Counted from the first letter of the stretch, positions 23,077 through 33,577 are shown. The stretch is 64,000 nt of DNA from an uncultured delta proteobacterium (GCA_963771175.1 CAVYSY010000028.1:80042-144041), one strand, 5' to 3'. Made by a program: numbers and translations. Notes: a model not told the origin generated them from the sequence alone.

Positions 23077-23221
23077 GCCCGCGGCGCGCCCTGTCCTCGC
23101 GCGCACACTGACGAGCAGTGGACCCAAGCACCGCACTCCCGTGCGCTGTCCTTCGCTGGCGCAACGGAGCATGACGGCCCCCGGCACGAGGAATGGACCC
23201 GCGTGCCAGGGGGAATCCGAC

Positions 23222-24055
23222 ATGGCCGAGACGCGCGGCAGGACTGGGGCTCGCATCCGTTACGACGACGTGGGACAGGGCGAGCCCGCGTTGCTCTTCA
23301 TCCCGGGCTGGTGCACCAGCCGCCAGGTGTTCCGCAAGCTCGTCCCCCCGTGCAGCGCCATGCACCGGGCGCTCGTCGTGGACCTGCCCGGGCACGGGGA
23401 CTCGGAGCTGCCCGGCCCCGACTTCGACACCGCCACCCTCGTGGAGCACCTGCGCGCCGTCATCGACGCCAGTGGCGCGCGCCGGGTGGTGCCGGTGGCC
23501 CTCTCCCACGCGGGCTGGTGCGCCATCGAGCTGCGGCGCCAGCTCGGCTCCCGCGTGCCGGGACTGGTGCTGTTGGACTGGCTCGTGGTGGAGGCCCCGC
23601 CTCCCTTCCTCCAGGCAGTGCGCGCCCTCCAGTCTCCCAACTGGAAGCAGGCCCGCGACGGGCTCTTCTCCCTGTGGCTCCAGGGCGTGGACTCGCAGGA
23701 CGTCATCCGCTTCGTCCACGAGGACATGGGCTCCTTCGACCAGGACATGTGGCGCCGCGCCGGCCGGGAGATCGAAAAGGCCTACGCCCACCACGGCAAC
23801 CCGCTCCAGGCGCTCGCCAACCTCTCGCCCCCCGTCCCCACCCTCCACCTCTACGCCCAGCCGGAGGAGCCCGCCTGGCTGGCCGCCCAGCGCTCGTTCG
23901 CCTCCTCGTCCCCCTGGTTCCAGGTGCAGAAGCTCCCCACGCACAGCCACTTCCCCACCCTGGAGGTCCCCGAGGAGATGGCTGTCCGCATCGGCCGGTT
24001 CGTCTCTTCCAGCCTGGGCACCCGTCCTGAGGGGTTGGGCTCCCACCCCACTTGA
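23222..24055 (+). CDS. Hod/Qdo/AqdC-like cofactor-independent 3-hydroxy-4-quinolone 2,4-dioxygenase (alpha/beta hydrolase fold)
   Basis: PGWC, GHG, SHAGW, LLDW, GLFSLWL, WRRAGREIEKAY, HLYAQP, PWF, SHFP are colinear with Hod of Arthrobacter as I recall it. Confidence 0.8.
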   Translation: MAETRGRTGARIRYDDVGQGEPALLFIPGWCTSRQVFRKLVPPCSAMHRALVVDLPGHGDSELPGPDFDTATLVEHLRAVIDASGARRVVPVALSHAGWCAIELRRQLGSRVPGLVLLDWLVVEAPPPFLQAVRALQSPNWKQARDGLFSLWLQGVDSQDVIRFVHEDMGSFDQDMWRRAGREIEKAYAHHGNPLQALANLSPPVPTLHLYAQPEEPAWLAAQRSFASSSPWFQVQKLPTHSHFPTLEVPEEMAVRIGRFVSSSLGTRPEGLGSHPT

Positions 24056-24072
24056 TTCCAACCCCCTCCCAC

Positions 24073-24098
24073 GGTTAGTTAGTTATCAGTAGCTAACC
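24073..24098. promoter_or_regulatory. Probable TetR operator
   Basis: AT-rich imperfect palindrome GGTTAGTTAGTTATCAGTAGCTAACC just upstream of the TetR start. Confidence 0.65.
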
Positions 24099-24115
24099 AA
24101 TTCCGTGGTGGAGTC

Positions 24116-24790
24116 ATGGCGCGTCCCCGACAGGTCCTGGACGAGGAGATTCTCGAAGTCGCGCGAGCGTGCTTCATCGAGCACGGTGCCTCGGTGAGCA
24201 CCGAGGCGATCGCCGCGCGGCTGGGAGTGTCCGGACCGGCGCTGCTCAAGCGCTTCGGAAGCAAGCGGGAGCTGCTCAAGGCGGCGTTCTCGGTGGGAAC
24301 GACCCCACCGTGGGCCCAGCAGTGGCTGCAGAAGGTGGAAGCGGGTCCGGACGAGCGCGAAATCCCCGTGCAGATCCTCGAGCTGAGCCTGGCCATCGAC
24401 GGCTTCTTCCGGAAGATGGTGCCGGCCTTCGCGGTGTTGCGCGAGGCGGGGCTCACCCCCGAGGAGTTGCGAGGTTCGGGAAAGGACTCCCCGCCCGTCC
24501 GCTCGCACAAGATGATGGCGGGCTGGTTCCGCCGGGCCCAGGAGCAGGGCCGCCTGCGCGCGGGGGACTGTGATGTGATGGCCAGCCTGTTCCTGTCGGG
24601 CCTCCAGCACCGCTATTTCCTGGCCCACGTCTCGGGCCTTCACATCCCGACGGAGGAGGAAGATCCCTGGCTGGAGCGCATGGTGAACATCTTCTGGCAC
24701 GGGGTGGCACCGGAGTCCGGGGAAGACAAGCCCGCCTCCGAGAAGACTCGCGCCTCCAGGGGCAAGAGCGATGGGAAGCGAGAAGGCTGA
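24116..24790 (+). CDS. TetR/AcrR family regulator
   Basis: EILEVARACFIEHG...STEAIAARLGVSGPALLKRFGSKRELL HTH. Confidence 0.9.
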   Translation: MARPRQVLDEEILEVARACFIEHGASVSTEAIAARLGVSGPALLKRFGSKRELLKAAFSVGTTPPWAQQWLQKVEAGPDEREIPVQILELSLAIDGFFRKMVPAFAVLREAGLTPEELRGSGKDSPPVRSHKMMAGWFRRAQEQGRLRAGDCDVMASLFLSGLQHRYFLAHVSGLHIPTEEEDPWLERMVNIFWHGVAPESGEDKPASEKTRASRGKSDGKREG

Positions 24791-25000
24791 GCCGAAGGAG
24801 AACGGCCCGCGCATCCGCGGGGCAGGGGCGCACGAGCTTCATCGACACGCGCGACATCGCGGCCGTGGGCGCCCGGACGCTGCTGGAGGACGGGCACGAG
24901 GGCAAGGAGTACGACCTCACCGGCTCCGAGGCGCTCACCTACGCCGAGGTGGCCACGCTCTTCACCGAGGTGCTCATCCGGCCCATCCGCTACCTCGTGA
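24790..25000 (+). pseudogene. Fragment of an NmrA-like/SDR NAD(P)H-binding protein
   Basis: SFIDTRDIAAVGARTLLEDGHEGKEYDLTGSEALTYAEVA, with no N-terminal Rossmann half. Confidence 0.7.
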
Positions 25001-25064
25001 CGAGCACGGCCGGGCAGTCGGCGACTCGCGAAGGACAGGGGACCCTCCGGGCTCGATGTTGAGC

Positions 25065-25185
25065 AACCTGTCCACTTAGTGGACAAGTTCGCGAGAAGTG
25101 CGCCCGGAAGGCCGGTGGTTCTCGGAGGACAGGACACCCCTCCGGGCCTGGTCTGGAGAAACCTGTCCGACAGTCGGACAGGTTT
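25065..25185. repeat. REP-like palindromes (variant at 25065-25089, perfect at 25159-25185)
   Basis: AAACCTGTCCGAC-A-GTCGGACAGGTTT; same element at 45299-45327. Confidence 0.8.
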
Positions 25186-25255
25186 TTAGAAAGCAGGGCC
25201 GGGAGGTCGGCTTCCCCTCGGGGCTTGCCGTCTCCCGGCCCGCTCAGGCTAGAGA

Positions 25256-25780
25256 TTGAACGAGCAGCTCGCGTCGCAGCGCACGCAGCTCGAGCTGCCC
25301 TGGGGGCACCGTCTCCGTGACGGTGTTGCCGTCGTCGCAGACCTCGCCACTGCGGACGAGGCTGTCACCGCATCAGGGCCCCGTGAGGTTGAGGGTGGCC
25401 GTGCACGTCGCGTTGCAGCTCACGCAGCTCATGGTGCCATAGGGGCACGCGGTCTCCGTGACGGTGTTGCCGTCGTCACAGACCTCGCCGCTGCTGACGA
25501 GGCCGTCGCCGCAGAAGGAGCCCGTGAGGTTGAGGGTGGCCGTGCACGTCGCGTTGCAGCTCACGCAGCTCATGGTGCCATAGGGGCACGAGGTCTCCGT
25601 GACGGTGTTGCCGTCGTCGCAGACCTCGCCGCTGCTGACGAGGCCGTCACCGCAGAAGGAGCCCGTGAGGTTGAGGGGGGCCGTACACGTCGCGTTGCAG
25701 CTCACGCAGCTCATGGTGCCATAGGGGCACGAGGTCTCCGTGACGGTGTTGCCGTCGTCACAGGCCTCGCCGGCCGACGG
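25256..25780. repeat. 141-bp tandem repeat (47-aa Cys-rich unit), last copy degenerate and beyond the stop
   Basis: CCGTGAGGTTGAG recurs at 25381, 25522 and 25663. Confidence 0.9.
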
Positions 25781-27625
25781 GTTGATGAAACCGTCCCCGC
25801 AGAGGGCCGCCGTGCAGTCCGTGTCGCAGGAGGCCGAGCTCCCGGCCGTATCGCACTGCTCCCCCACCGCAGGATTGAGGAAGCCATCGCCACAAGCGCT
25901 CACCGTGCAGTCCGCGTCGCAGGTTGCGGTGCTGCCCCCGGTATCACACTGCTCACCCCGCGGGGTGTTGACGTAGTGGTCGCCGCAGAAGGCGATGGTG
26001 CAGTCGGCGTCGCAGCCAGCCGAGTCCACGCCACCGGTGTTGTCACACTGCTCCCCGGCACTGGCGTTCACGAGGCCATCGCCACAGACCCTCACCGTGC
26101 AGTCCGAGTCACAGGCCGAAGACTCGCCCGCGGTGTCGCACTGCTCGATGCTCGGCGACTGCCCGTCCACGTACCCATCACCGCAGGAGGCCAACACGCA
26201 CATCGCGAGGCAGTTGTCCTCGTTGCTGCCGTTGCCATCGTCACAGGTCTCACCCTCGTCGAGGGTGCCATCGCCGCAGACGGCCGTGGGGCAGCTCGGA
26301 ATTCCGGTGAAGGAGAAGGAGGTCGCCGCCGAGAGGCCGAGCGCATTGGACACCGTGGCCGTAATCGTGGGCGAGACGCCCGCGGGCACGCAGGCGGGAG
26401 CCGTCCACAGCACCTCGCTGGTGGTGGCCGTATCCGCCGGAGTGGAGAGGGTGCCGGTGCTGGCCGTCCAGGAGAAGGAGAGCGCGCTGTCCTGCGGATC
26501 CACCGCCTTCATGCCCAGGGTGACGCTGCCACCGGCTCCGACGGACGAGGCGGACCGCCAGGCCTCCATGATGTTCGGGGGGAACTTCGCCGTCGGCTTC
26601 GAGCCCACGCAGATGGACAGGGTGCCCGTCGACTGTCCTCCCCGTCCGTCCTTCGCCGTGACGGTGAGCGCACAATTGGGGCAGGTCTCACCGGCGGGCA
26701 GGGTGCTGGGGGTGAAGGTGGCGGTGGCACTCGTGGCATCGGCCCACGTGCCCGCGCAGGAGGCGCTCCACTGGTACTGGAGCACGTCTCCATCACTGTC
26801 CGAGGCGGTGGCCACCACCGTGGTGCTCTCCCCCACCTCCACCGCGGTGGGCGTGGCGTTCACGCCGCTCACCTGGGGCCAGGTGTTGATGCGCACCTCG
26901 ACCTCGGCGCTCCCGGCGTTCGCCACGGTGAGGGTGAAGCTGACGGTGGCCGAGGAGCCGTGCGGATCCGTCACCGTGAAGGTCAGCGTGACGGGGCCCG
27001 GCACCGCCGGGGCCGTCCAGGTGGTGGAGAGACTCGAGGCCGCCGAGAAGCTGCCCGCCGAGGCCGTCCAGGCGTAGGCCAGCGTGTCGGCCGCGTTGAC
27101 GTCCTGGGCCGAGGCCTTCAGGGACACGCTGCCGCCCGGAGCCACCGTGCCGGGCGTCACCGTCAACGAGGTGATGGAGGGCGCCGCGTTCTCGAAGGGC
27201 GTCGGCGGAGTCACCTGCTGCAGGAGGATGGATACCACCGTCGTCACTCCGGCGAGGATGGTGACGTCGGTGGCCTGCCCCGCGTAGAGCCGGGTGCCCG
27301 AGGCGTCGAGGGCCTCGGCGGAGAAGGTGCGCAGGGTGCCCGCGGGAATCCCCTCGAGGGTTCCGCTCCAGGAGCTTCCCGTCAGCGTCAGGGACGCGGT
27401 GCGCGGGGACATGTCCGCCGCGGTGACGGTGACTCGCACCTCGGAGATGTCAGCCGAGGAGACGGACTGAGGCAGGGAGCCCAGCACCTGGACGGAACCA
27501 ACGGTTCCTGCTTCCGGTGCGCAAGCAGCGAGGGTCAAGAAGAGCAACCCGATGAAGCCAATGCATCTCCTGAGGGAGATTCGAGACACGCGGGACTCCT
27601 GAGGCATGGACGGAAAGACGTGCAT
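25373..27625 (-). CDS. Lipoprotein with Ig-like domains and myxobacterial Cys-rich (DUF4215-like) repeats
   Basis: Lipobox LAAC; LxYxWxAS Ig repeats; repeated CGDG...GExCD. Confidence 0.85.
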   Translation of the reverse strand: MHVFPSMPQESRVSRISLRRCIGFIGLLFLTLAACAPEAGTVGSVQVLGSLPQSVSSADISEVRVTVTAADMSPRTASLTLTGSSWSGTLEGIPAGTLRTFSAEALDASGTRLYAGQATDVTILAGVTTVVSILLQQVTPPTPFENAAPSITSLTVTPGTVAPGGSVSLKASAQDVNAADTLAYAWTASAGSFSAASSLSTTWTAPAVPGPVTLTFTVTDPHGSSATVSFTLTVANAGSAEVEVRINTWPQVSGVNATPTAVEVGESTTVVATASDSDGDVLQYQWSASCAGTWADATSATATFTPSTLPAGETCPNCALTVTAKDGRGGQSTGTLSICVGSKPTAKFPPNIMEAWRSASSVGAGGSVTLGMKAVDPQDSALSFSWTASTGTLSTPADTATTSEVLWTAPACVPAGVSPTITATVSNALGLSAATSFSFTGIPSCPTAVCGDGTLDEGETCDDGNGSNEDNCLAMCVLASCGDGYVDGQSPSIEQCDTAGESSACDSDCTVRVCGDGLVNASAGEQCDNTGGVDSAGCDADCTIAFCGDHYVNTPRGEQCDTGGSTATCDADCTVSACGDGFLNPAVGEQCDTAGSSASCDTDCTAALCGDGFINPSAGEACDDGNTVTETSCPYGTMSCVSCNATCTAPLNLTGSFCGDGLVSSGEVCDDGNTVTETSCPYGTMSCVSCNATCTATLNLTGSFCGDGLVSSGEVCDDGNTVTETACPYGTMSCVSCNATCTATLNLTGP

Positions 27626-27678
27626 CTTCCCCGGAGTCCCCGAGCGGCTTCAATCCCCGCTACTCCATCCAGGGTCCC

Positions 27679-28095
27679 TCAGAGACCGATGCTCCGGGTG
27701 TAGCAGTAACCGAGCACGAACGCGCCCGACTCGTAGACGTAGCCACCGCACTGCTCGATGACGGTGTAGCCCTCGATGTAGTAGTAGCCCTCCGGCTGAT
27801 ACGCCCAGAGATGCGTCTGGTCCACCTGGTGCGGGGCGTAGGCGGCCCAGGGGGACACCGCGTTGAAGTTCTGCACGGCGATTTCGCGCGCCACCTGCTG
27901 TGACAGGCCTGGAAGGGTGCCGTTGAGGACGGGAGTGGAGAGTCCCGCCTCGGCCGTACCCATCGGACCCGTGGACTCCCCCATGGCACTCTCATCGGCA
28001 CCACAGCCCGTCCACAACAGCATGGCGCACAGCGCTCCCGCGAGTCTCGTCACGTAATACCTCTCCGTTGTGTGCCAGGCCGTATCGCAGGACAT
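27679..28095 (-). CDS. Small hypothetical lipoprotein
   Basis: Lipobox LWTGC; start codon uncertain. Confidence 0.55.
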   Translation of the reverse strand: MSCDTAWHTTERYYVTRLAGALCAMLLWTGCGADESAMGESTGPMGTAEAGLSTPVLNGTLPGLSQQVAREIAVQNFNAVSPWAAYAPHQVDQTHLWAYQPEGYYYIEGYTVIEQCGGYVYESGAFVLGYCYTRSIGL

Positions 28096-28209
28096 GCTCC
28101 GCGGTGCAGGAGCCCAGCACGAGTTGTCCGCACGCGCCGGACTCTACAAGCGCTCGCACCCAAGAGGAGAGGAGTATGTGGTTACACCTACGCGGGACGG
28201 GAGGGGGCT

Positions 28210-30124
28210 TCAATCCCGGTGGCCCAACGCCTTGTCCAGGTTGAAGGCCGCGCTGATGAGGGACAGGTGCGTGAGGGCCTGCGGGAAGTTGCCCAGCGCC
28301 TCGCCCGAGGGCCCCGTCTGCTCGGCGAACAGCCCCACGTGGTTGGCGTAGCCCAGCATCCGCTCGAAGGTGAGGCGCGCCTCGTCCAGCAGGTCCGGCC
28401 GCGTCACGCTCGCCCGCGTCATCGCCTCCACCAGCCAGAAGGTGCACAGGTTGAAGGTGCCCTCGCGCCCCGAGACTCCGTCCTCCGTCGCCTCCACGTC
28501 GTAGCGGAACACCAGCCCGTCCGACGTGAGCCCGCCCTGCGCTGGCGGCTTGCGCAGCACGTCCAGCATCGAGAGCATCCGCGGGTCCACCGGGGACAGG
28601 AAGAACACCAGCGGCATCAGCAGGTTCGCCGCGTCCAGCGACATCGTCTCGTAGGACTGGATGAAGGCGCCCCGCTTCGAGCACCAGCCCCGCTGCATGA
28701 TCTCCTCGAAGATGGCGTCGCGCGTCTGCAGCCAGCCGGACCCGGTCCGCCGGGAAGCTGCGCTTGTCCGCCAGCCGGATGGCCCGGTCCACCGCCACCC
28801 AGCACATCATCTTCGAGTACACGAAGTGCTGCTGCCCGGCCCGCACCTCCCAGAGGCTCTCGTCCTTGTCGCGCCAGTGCTCGCACACCCAGTCCACCAG
28901 TCGCCGCAGGTGCCGCCAGAAGTCGTACGCAGATGGGCGCGCCGTGCTTGTTGTACAGGTACACCGAGTCCATCAGCTCGCCGTAGATGTCGAGCTGGAG
29001 CTGGTGCGCCGCGCCGTTGCCCACGCGCACCGGCTTCGAGCCCAGGCTCCCCTCCAGGTGCCAGAGCTCCTCCTCCTTCGGCACCTCGCCGCCGTTCAGC
29101 GAGAACATGAGGGGGAGCGGCTCGCCCAGGCGGCAGCTCCGCGATGCGCTTCTCCAGCCAGCGCATGAACGCGCCCGCCTCCTGCTTGAAGCCGATGCGC
29201 ATCAGCGCGTACACCGTGAAGGCCGCGTCGCGAATCCACACGTAGCGGTAGTCCCAGTTGCGCCGGCCGCCGGGGAACTCGGGCAGGCTGCAGGTGGGCG
29301 CCGCGACGATGGCCCCCGAGGGCTCGAACGTCATCAGCTTCAGCACCAGCGCCGAGCGATGCACCGTCTCGCGCCACCGCCCCGTGTAGCTGCAGCCCGC
29401 GAGCCAGTGCCGCCAGTAGTCCACCGTGGAGCGGAACAGCGCCTCGGAGGCCTCGTGCCCCATCACCGTTTCGTGGCACGAGCTCCGGGGCGCCCTCGCG
29501 CAGGCTGAACACCGCCGACTGGCCCTCGCTCAACGTGAAGCGCGAGGTGACGCGCTGCCCGTCCGTCTCCAGCCTCGCCGAGGTGCTCAGCGTCAGGTTC
29601 AGCGTCGCCGAGAGGAAGCTCGCCCCGCCGTGGAGCAACCGCACCGTGTGCGGGTCCCTCGCGTAGTTGAAGGCGGGCAGGCACTCCAGGCGGAAGGCCA
29701 TCTCCCCGCGCACCGCCCGGATGCGTCGCACCACCTCGCGCACCCGGTGCCCCTTGCCCAGGGGCATGAAGTCCACCAGCTCGCCCACGCCCTCCGGGGA
29801 GTAGAAGCGCGTCACCAGCACGTTGGAGTCCGGCCAGTAGAACTGCTTGTGCACCACCCGCTGGCCGTCCAGCTCCGGGGAGATGCGGAAGTGGCCTCCC
29901 TTCTCCGGGTCCAACAGGGCCGCGAAGACGCTCGGGCTGTCGAAGTGCGGGAAGCACCACCAGTCCAGCGTCCCGTCCGTGGCCACCAGCGCCACCGTGC
30001 GCAGGTCACCGATGACGCCATGGTCCTCGATGGCCGGCGGCCGCGACGTCTTGTCCCCGTTCATGTGCTCCCTCCCGCTGACGAGCCCTGGCGATTTCCC
30101 ATCCGCCGGTTCAGGGCTTGTCAT
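28210..30124 (-). CDS. Glycoside hydrolase family 15 (glucoamylase/trehalase-like; frameshifts)
   Basis: [66 protein letters not shown]. Confidence 0.9.
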
Positions 30125-30212
30125 GGGCTCGACGCGCGCGACCCGCCAGCCTGGAGGGACCGACGCGAGGGGAGAGCGCCCGGATGTCAGCACGCGGAGC
30201 TTCCGGCCCTCC

Positions 30213-30911
30213 CTATAAGACCTCGCACTGGTCCACGCTCGACTGGAAGCGCGAGTAGGAATCGCTCTTCGCCCCGGGGTTCCGGGCCAGCTTCTTCTCG
30301 CGAACGTGCCGCGCGATCGTCGGCGAGTCGGACTCCTGGTAGTGCGGGAAGCTCTTGCGCTTCTCGGGCTTGAGGTCCTTGGGAATGACCCTCCTGCGAA
30401 GCTCCTCTTTCGCGTCCTTGATCAGCCCTACCCGCTTGCCGAGATGATCATCGGGGGCGCGCCAGCTCTTCGGCCTGACGGCCTGGACCGCCTCGGGCCA
30501 CATGAACCACCAGGCCTCCAGTTCCCACGCGGGCACGACCGCGTGAGCCGGGCAGCCCGCCTTGGCCAAAGCGGTCTCGATCTTCGTGCACGCCGCCTCG
30601 TGCTTCGGCTCGACGTCGTCGCAGTCCTCGTGGGCGAAGACGCACACGATGTCATGCGTGGCGCGATCGATGTCCACGGCATCGGCGATCCTCCGCGCAC
30701 GATCCGGGACGTCCTCGGGCCGCGCGTTCTTGATGAGGACCAGGGGCTGCCGGCGGTGCTGGACCTTGCCAACGAGGTCCGGCCGGAGCGCCTCGATGAG
30801 CTCACGGATGGACTTCGTATCGTTCTCGTCCTCACCAAAGACCAGGATGAGGGGAGGACGTTTGTCAGCCTTCCGCTTCCCGTCCTGACGCTTCCCCTTC
30901 TTGCCGCTCAC
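30213..30911 (-). CDS. TOPRIM-like (DUF4276/RloB-like) protein
   Basis: VFGEDEND, AHEDCDD, VVPAWELEAWW; GTG start overlaps the ATPase TGA. The 522-aa ORF in the track is a frameshift fusion. Confidence 0.65.
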   Translation of the reverse strand: MSGKKGKRQDGKRKADKRPPLILVFGEDENDTKSIRELIEALRPDLVGKVQHRRQPLVLIKNARPEDVPDRARRIADAVDIDRATHDIVCVFAHEDCDDVEPKHEAACTKIETALAKAGCPAHAVVPAWELEAWWFMWPEAVQAVRPKSWRAPDDHLGKRVGLIKDAKEELRRRVIPKDLKPEKRKSFPHYQESDSPTIARHVREKKLARNPGAKSDSYSRFQSSVDQCEVL

Positions 30912-32151
30912 CGGGGAACGCCTCCGAGCGAGCCGGTGAACCACAGTTCCCCGAGCCCCATCCGGCCCTTGGCCCGCTCCTCCATCGCCCGGACCTCCTC
31001 GGGGTCGGCCGCGGGGATGCGGGACTCCCCGGTCTTGGGGTCTCGCTCGCAGACGATGAGTTCGTCGCGCCCGCAGCCGGTTGACCAGCGAGGGCGAGTG
31101 GGTGGCGATGAGGAACTGCGTGCGCTCCGAGGCCCAGCGCAGACGCTCGACCAATCGGTCGAAGACGTACGGGTGGAAGCCGTGGTCGATCTCCTCCACG
31201 CAGGTGAGCAGGGGAGGGTTCGGGTCGTAGAGCATGGCCAGCAGCGCCAGTGCACGAATGGTGCCGAAGGAGGCCTCGGCCAGTGTGGTGCGTCCCTTCA
31301 AGCCAGACTCCTCCAGCTCGATGGTGACCGCCTCCGCGGCTCCGCCCACCTTTCGCAGGTGGATGCGCTTGAGACCCGGGACGATGGCACGAGCGTCCTC
31401 CTGCAATCGCTCGAAGGTCTCCTCGTCCTCGCTCAGGTAGTGAAGAAAGGCCGCGAGATTGCTGGCATCCGGCTGAAGCGTGGGACTGCTCGAGACAGCG
31501 GACGGCTGCCTTGCGGCACGGGTATCCACATCGAAGACCCGGAAGGTGGAGAAGAGTTCGGCCATCTTCCGTACCGCGTCGCCGCCCTGCTCGGCGGAGA
31601 GCCGTGGCAGGGTGGAGAGCCCCAGCGAATCACTGCGAAGGGCGAAACCGCGCGTCGTCTTCTTCTCGCCGCGCGTCTCGACCAACTCCGCTTTCTTGCC
31701 GCTGATGGTGATGCGCCGCCCACGGCCCTTGGAGGGCTTGAAGGTGAAGTCCTCGCCTCGGGACAGATACTCCTGGAGCACCTTCGTCTGAGGATTCTGA
31801 CGAACCCCTCCCAGGTGGAATCATGCGCCCCACTCGCAACGGCGCGAAGCTGAGCCCGTACTCGTCCGGCGCCCCCTTGTGGGCATAGGAGGTGACGTGG
31901 GCCTTGACGTGGATGTGGATGGGACCGCTTGTCTTGCCCCGGAAATACACCCGCTCGAAGCCCTGGCGGCGCTCCAGCGCCGGCCCGAGATCCTCCCGCG
32001 CCGAGTCCCCCAGGAACTGGATGACGTCCAGCAGGTTGGACTTGCCGCTCCCGTTGGGGCCCACCAGCACGTTGAGCGGACCGAGCCGCACCGTGACGTC
32101 CCGGAGGCTCTTGTAGTTCTTCACCGAGAGTTCGAGCAGCGGAGTCGGCAT
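30908..32151 (-). CDS. ABC-type (AAA_21/SMC-like) ATPase (frameshifts)
   Basis: VKNYKSL, GPNGSGKSN, ASFGT, VEEIDHGFHP, IATHSP, LGELWFTGSLGG. Confidence 0.9.
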
Positions 32152-32257
32152 GGGGCCGGAATCTTGAGCACGGGGCCCCGAGTCCCACAAGCAACCGTCA
32201 CGGGCGGAGGGCTCGATGCCCCTCCACCCCTTCGTACGCCTCGTCTCGTCCTCCGGA

Positions 32258-32887
32258 CTACTCGCGCATCGCGCGCACCAGGGCCCGCGCCGGCGAGCCC
32301 CACTCCGCCTTCACCTTCAGCGGCAGGCACACCAGCTCGTGCACCCCCACCTTTATCTCGCCGAGGTCCAGGCCCTCGATGATCCACACCCCGGCCTCGC
32401 GCAGCTTCTGGTGGACCTCCAGCGTCTCGGAGTGGAAGCCGCCGCGCGACACGTAGTCCACCCCCACGCACGCCACCTTGCGCTCCACCAGGAGCTGCGC
32501 CGCCGCGTCCGACAGCCGCACGAAGGACTCGTCGTTCGGCTGCTTCCACCACTCGCGCTGCGAGTTGCGCGTGCGCAGCAGCAGTCGCTCTCCCGGCCGG
32601 GGCTCGTAGTCCGCCAGCGAGTCCGCCCGGATGCAGTCCACGTCATCCAGGTGCAGCACCCGCGCCCGCCCCACCGTGGCCGACAGCGGCGCCCGCTCCA
32701 TGTCCTCCAGGTCCAGCTCGAGGCTCGGCGGCGCCGTCACGTACGTGCCCATCCAGGCCGCCCGCTTCAGCCACTCGGCCTGGGCCGCCGCGCCCTCTGG
32801 GAGCTCCGGCCCCGGTTCCGTCCCGTCCCCCTCCTCCGAGGGCTCCACTCCGAACGGCACCGAGATGTCCAGCCAGACTCCCTCCAT
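32258..32887 (-). CDS. Cyclase/kynurenine formamidase-like protein (degenerate metal motif)
   Basis: WLDISVP, GTYVTAP replacing HxGTHxDAP, VGVDYVS, IIEGLDL, LPLK...GSPARA. Confidence 0.75.
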   Translation of the reverse strand: MEGVWLDISVPFGVEPSEEGDGTEPGPELPEGAAAQAEWLKRAAWMGTYVTAPPSLELDLEDMERAPLSATVGRARVLHLDDVDCIRADSLADYEPRPGERLLLRTRNSQREWWKQPNDESFVRLSDAAAQLLVERKVACVGVDYVSRGGFHSETLEVHQKLREAGVWIIEGLDLGEIKVGVHELVCLPLKVKAEWGSPARALVRAMRE

Positions 32888-33011
32888 GTGCTCCTCCTCA
32901 GTCCAGACGCGGGTGGCCCTGGGGCGTCAGGAGTCCCCAGCCTAGCCCTCTCCGGGGGACCCCCGCGAGTTCGCGCGTGCCCCGCTCGCTCGGCTGGTCT
33001 ATGACGGGGCC

Positions 33012-33572
33012 GTGAGCGACCCAGTGCCCTCCGTCACCCCCTCGCGCTCGCTGTTCATCGGCGCCATCGGCGTCCTGCTGCTGTCCATCCCGTTCTTCGT
33101 CTTCGGGCTGGCCTTCCTCGATACCAAGGCCCGCATCGTGCTCCAGTGCGAGCGCGGTGGTCCCTGCACCGTCACCCGCGCCGGTTGGCTCACCGAGCAG
33201 GTCGTCGGCATCTACACGCTGGCCGAAATCCAGGGCGCCCGCGTCGAGCGCGGTCGCAGCCCCCGGGGTGAGCAGCAGAGCATCTACCGCCCCGTGCTCG
33301 TCACCACGCGGGGAGAGGTTCCCCTCGCGCACGACTGGATGGGCGAGGAGAAGCAGGCCAGCCGCCCCGTCGCCGCCATCAACCGCTTCCGCCAGAACCC
33401 CGAGAGCCCCGGCTTCACCCTGTGGCACGACGACCGGCCGCGCGCCGGGCGCATGGGGCTCATCTTCACCATCGCCGCCGGGGTCGTGCTCCTGTTCGGG
33501 CTGTTCCTGCTGTGGCGGGCCGTGAAGCGTCGCCGCGAGGAGCGGGCCCAGGGGACGGCTCCGGGGGCGTAG
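33012..33572 (+). CDS. Hypothetical membrane protein (two TM segments)
   Basis: Hydrophobic N- and C-terminal segments, GC3-biased frame. Confidence 0.6.
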   Translation: MSDPVPSVTPSRSLFIGAIGVLLLSIPFFVFGLAFLDTKARIVLQCERGGPCTVTRAGWLTEQVVGIYTLAEIQGARVERGRSPRGEQQSIYRPVLVTTRGEVPLAHDWMGEEKQASRPVAAINRFRQNPESPGFTLWHDDRPRAGRMGLIFTIAAGVVLLFGLFLLWRAVKRRREERAQGTAPGA

Positions 33573-33577
33573 GGGCG

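Noticed and set aside
25373..25375. TGA as selenocysteine in a Cys-rich repeat
   Set aside because: It aligns with Phe, not Cys, and a frameshift follows
30213..31781. Apparent ATPase-TOPRIM fusion (522 aa ORF)
   Set aside because: Caused by an indel near 31070; the ATPase's own C-terminus and stop (30908) are present in another frame
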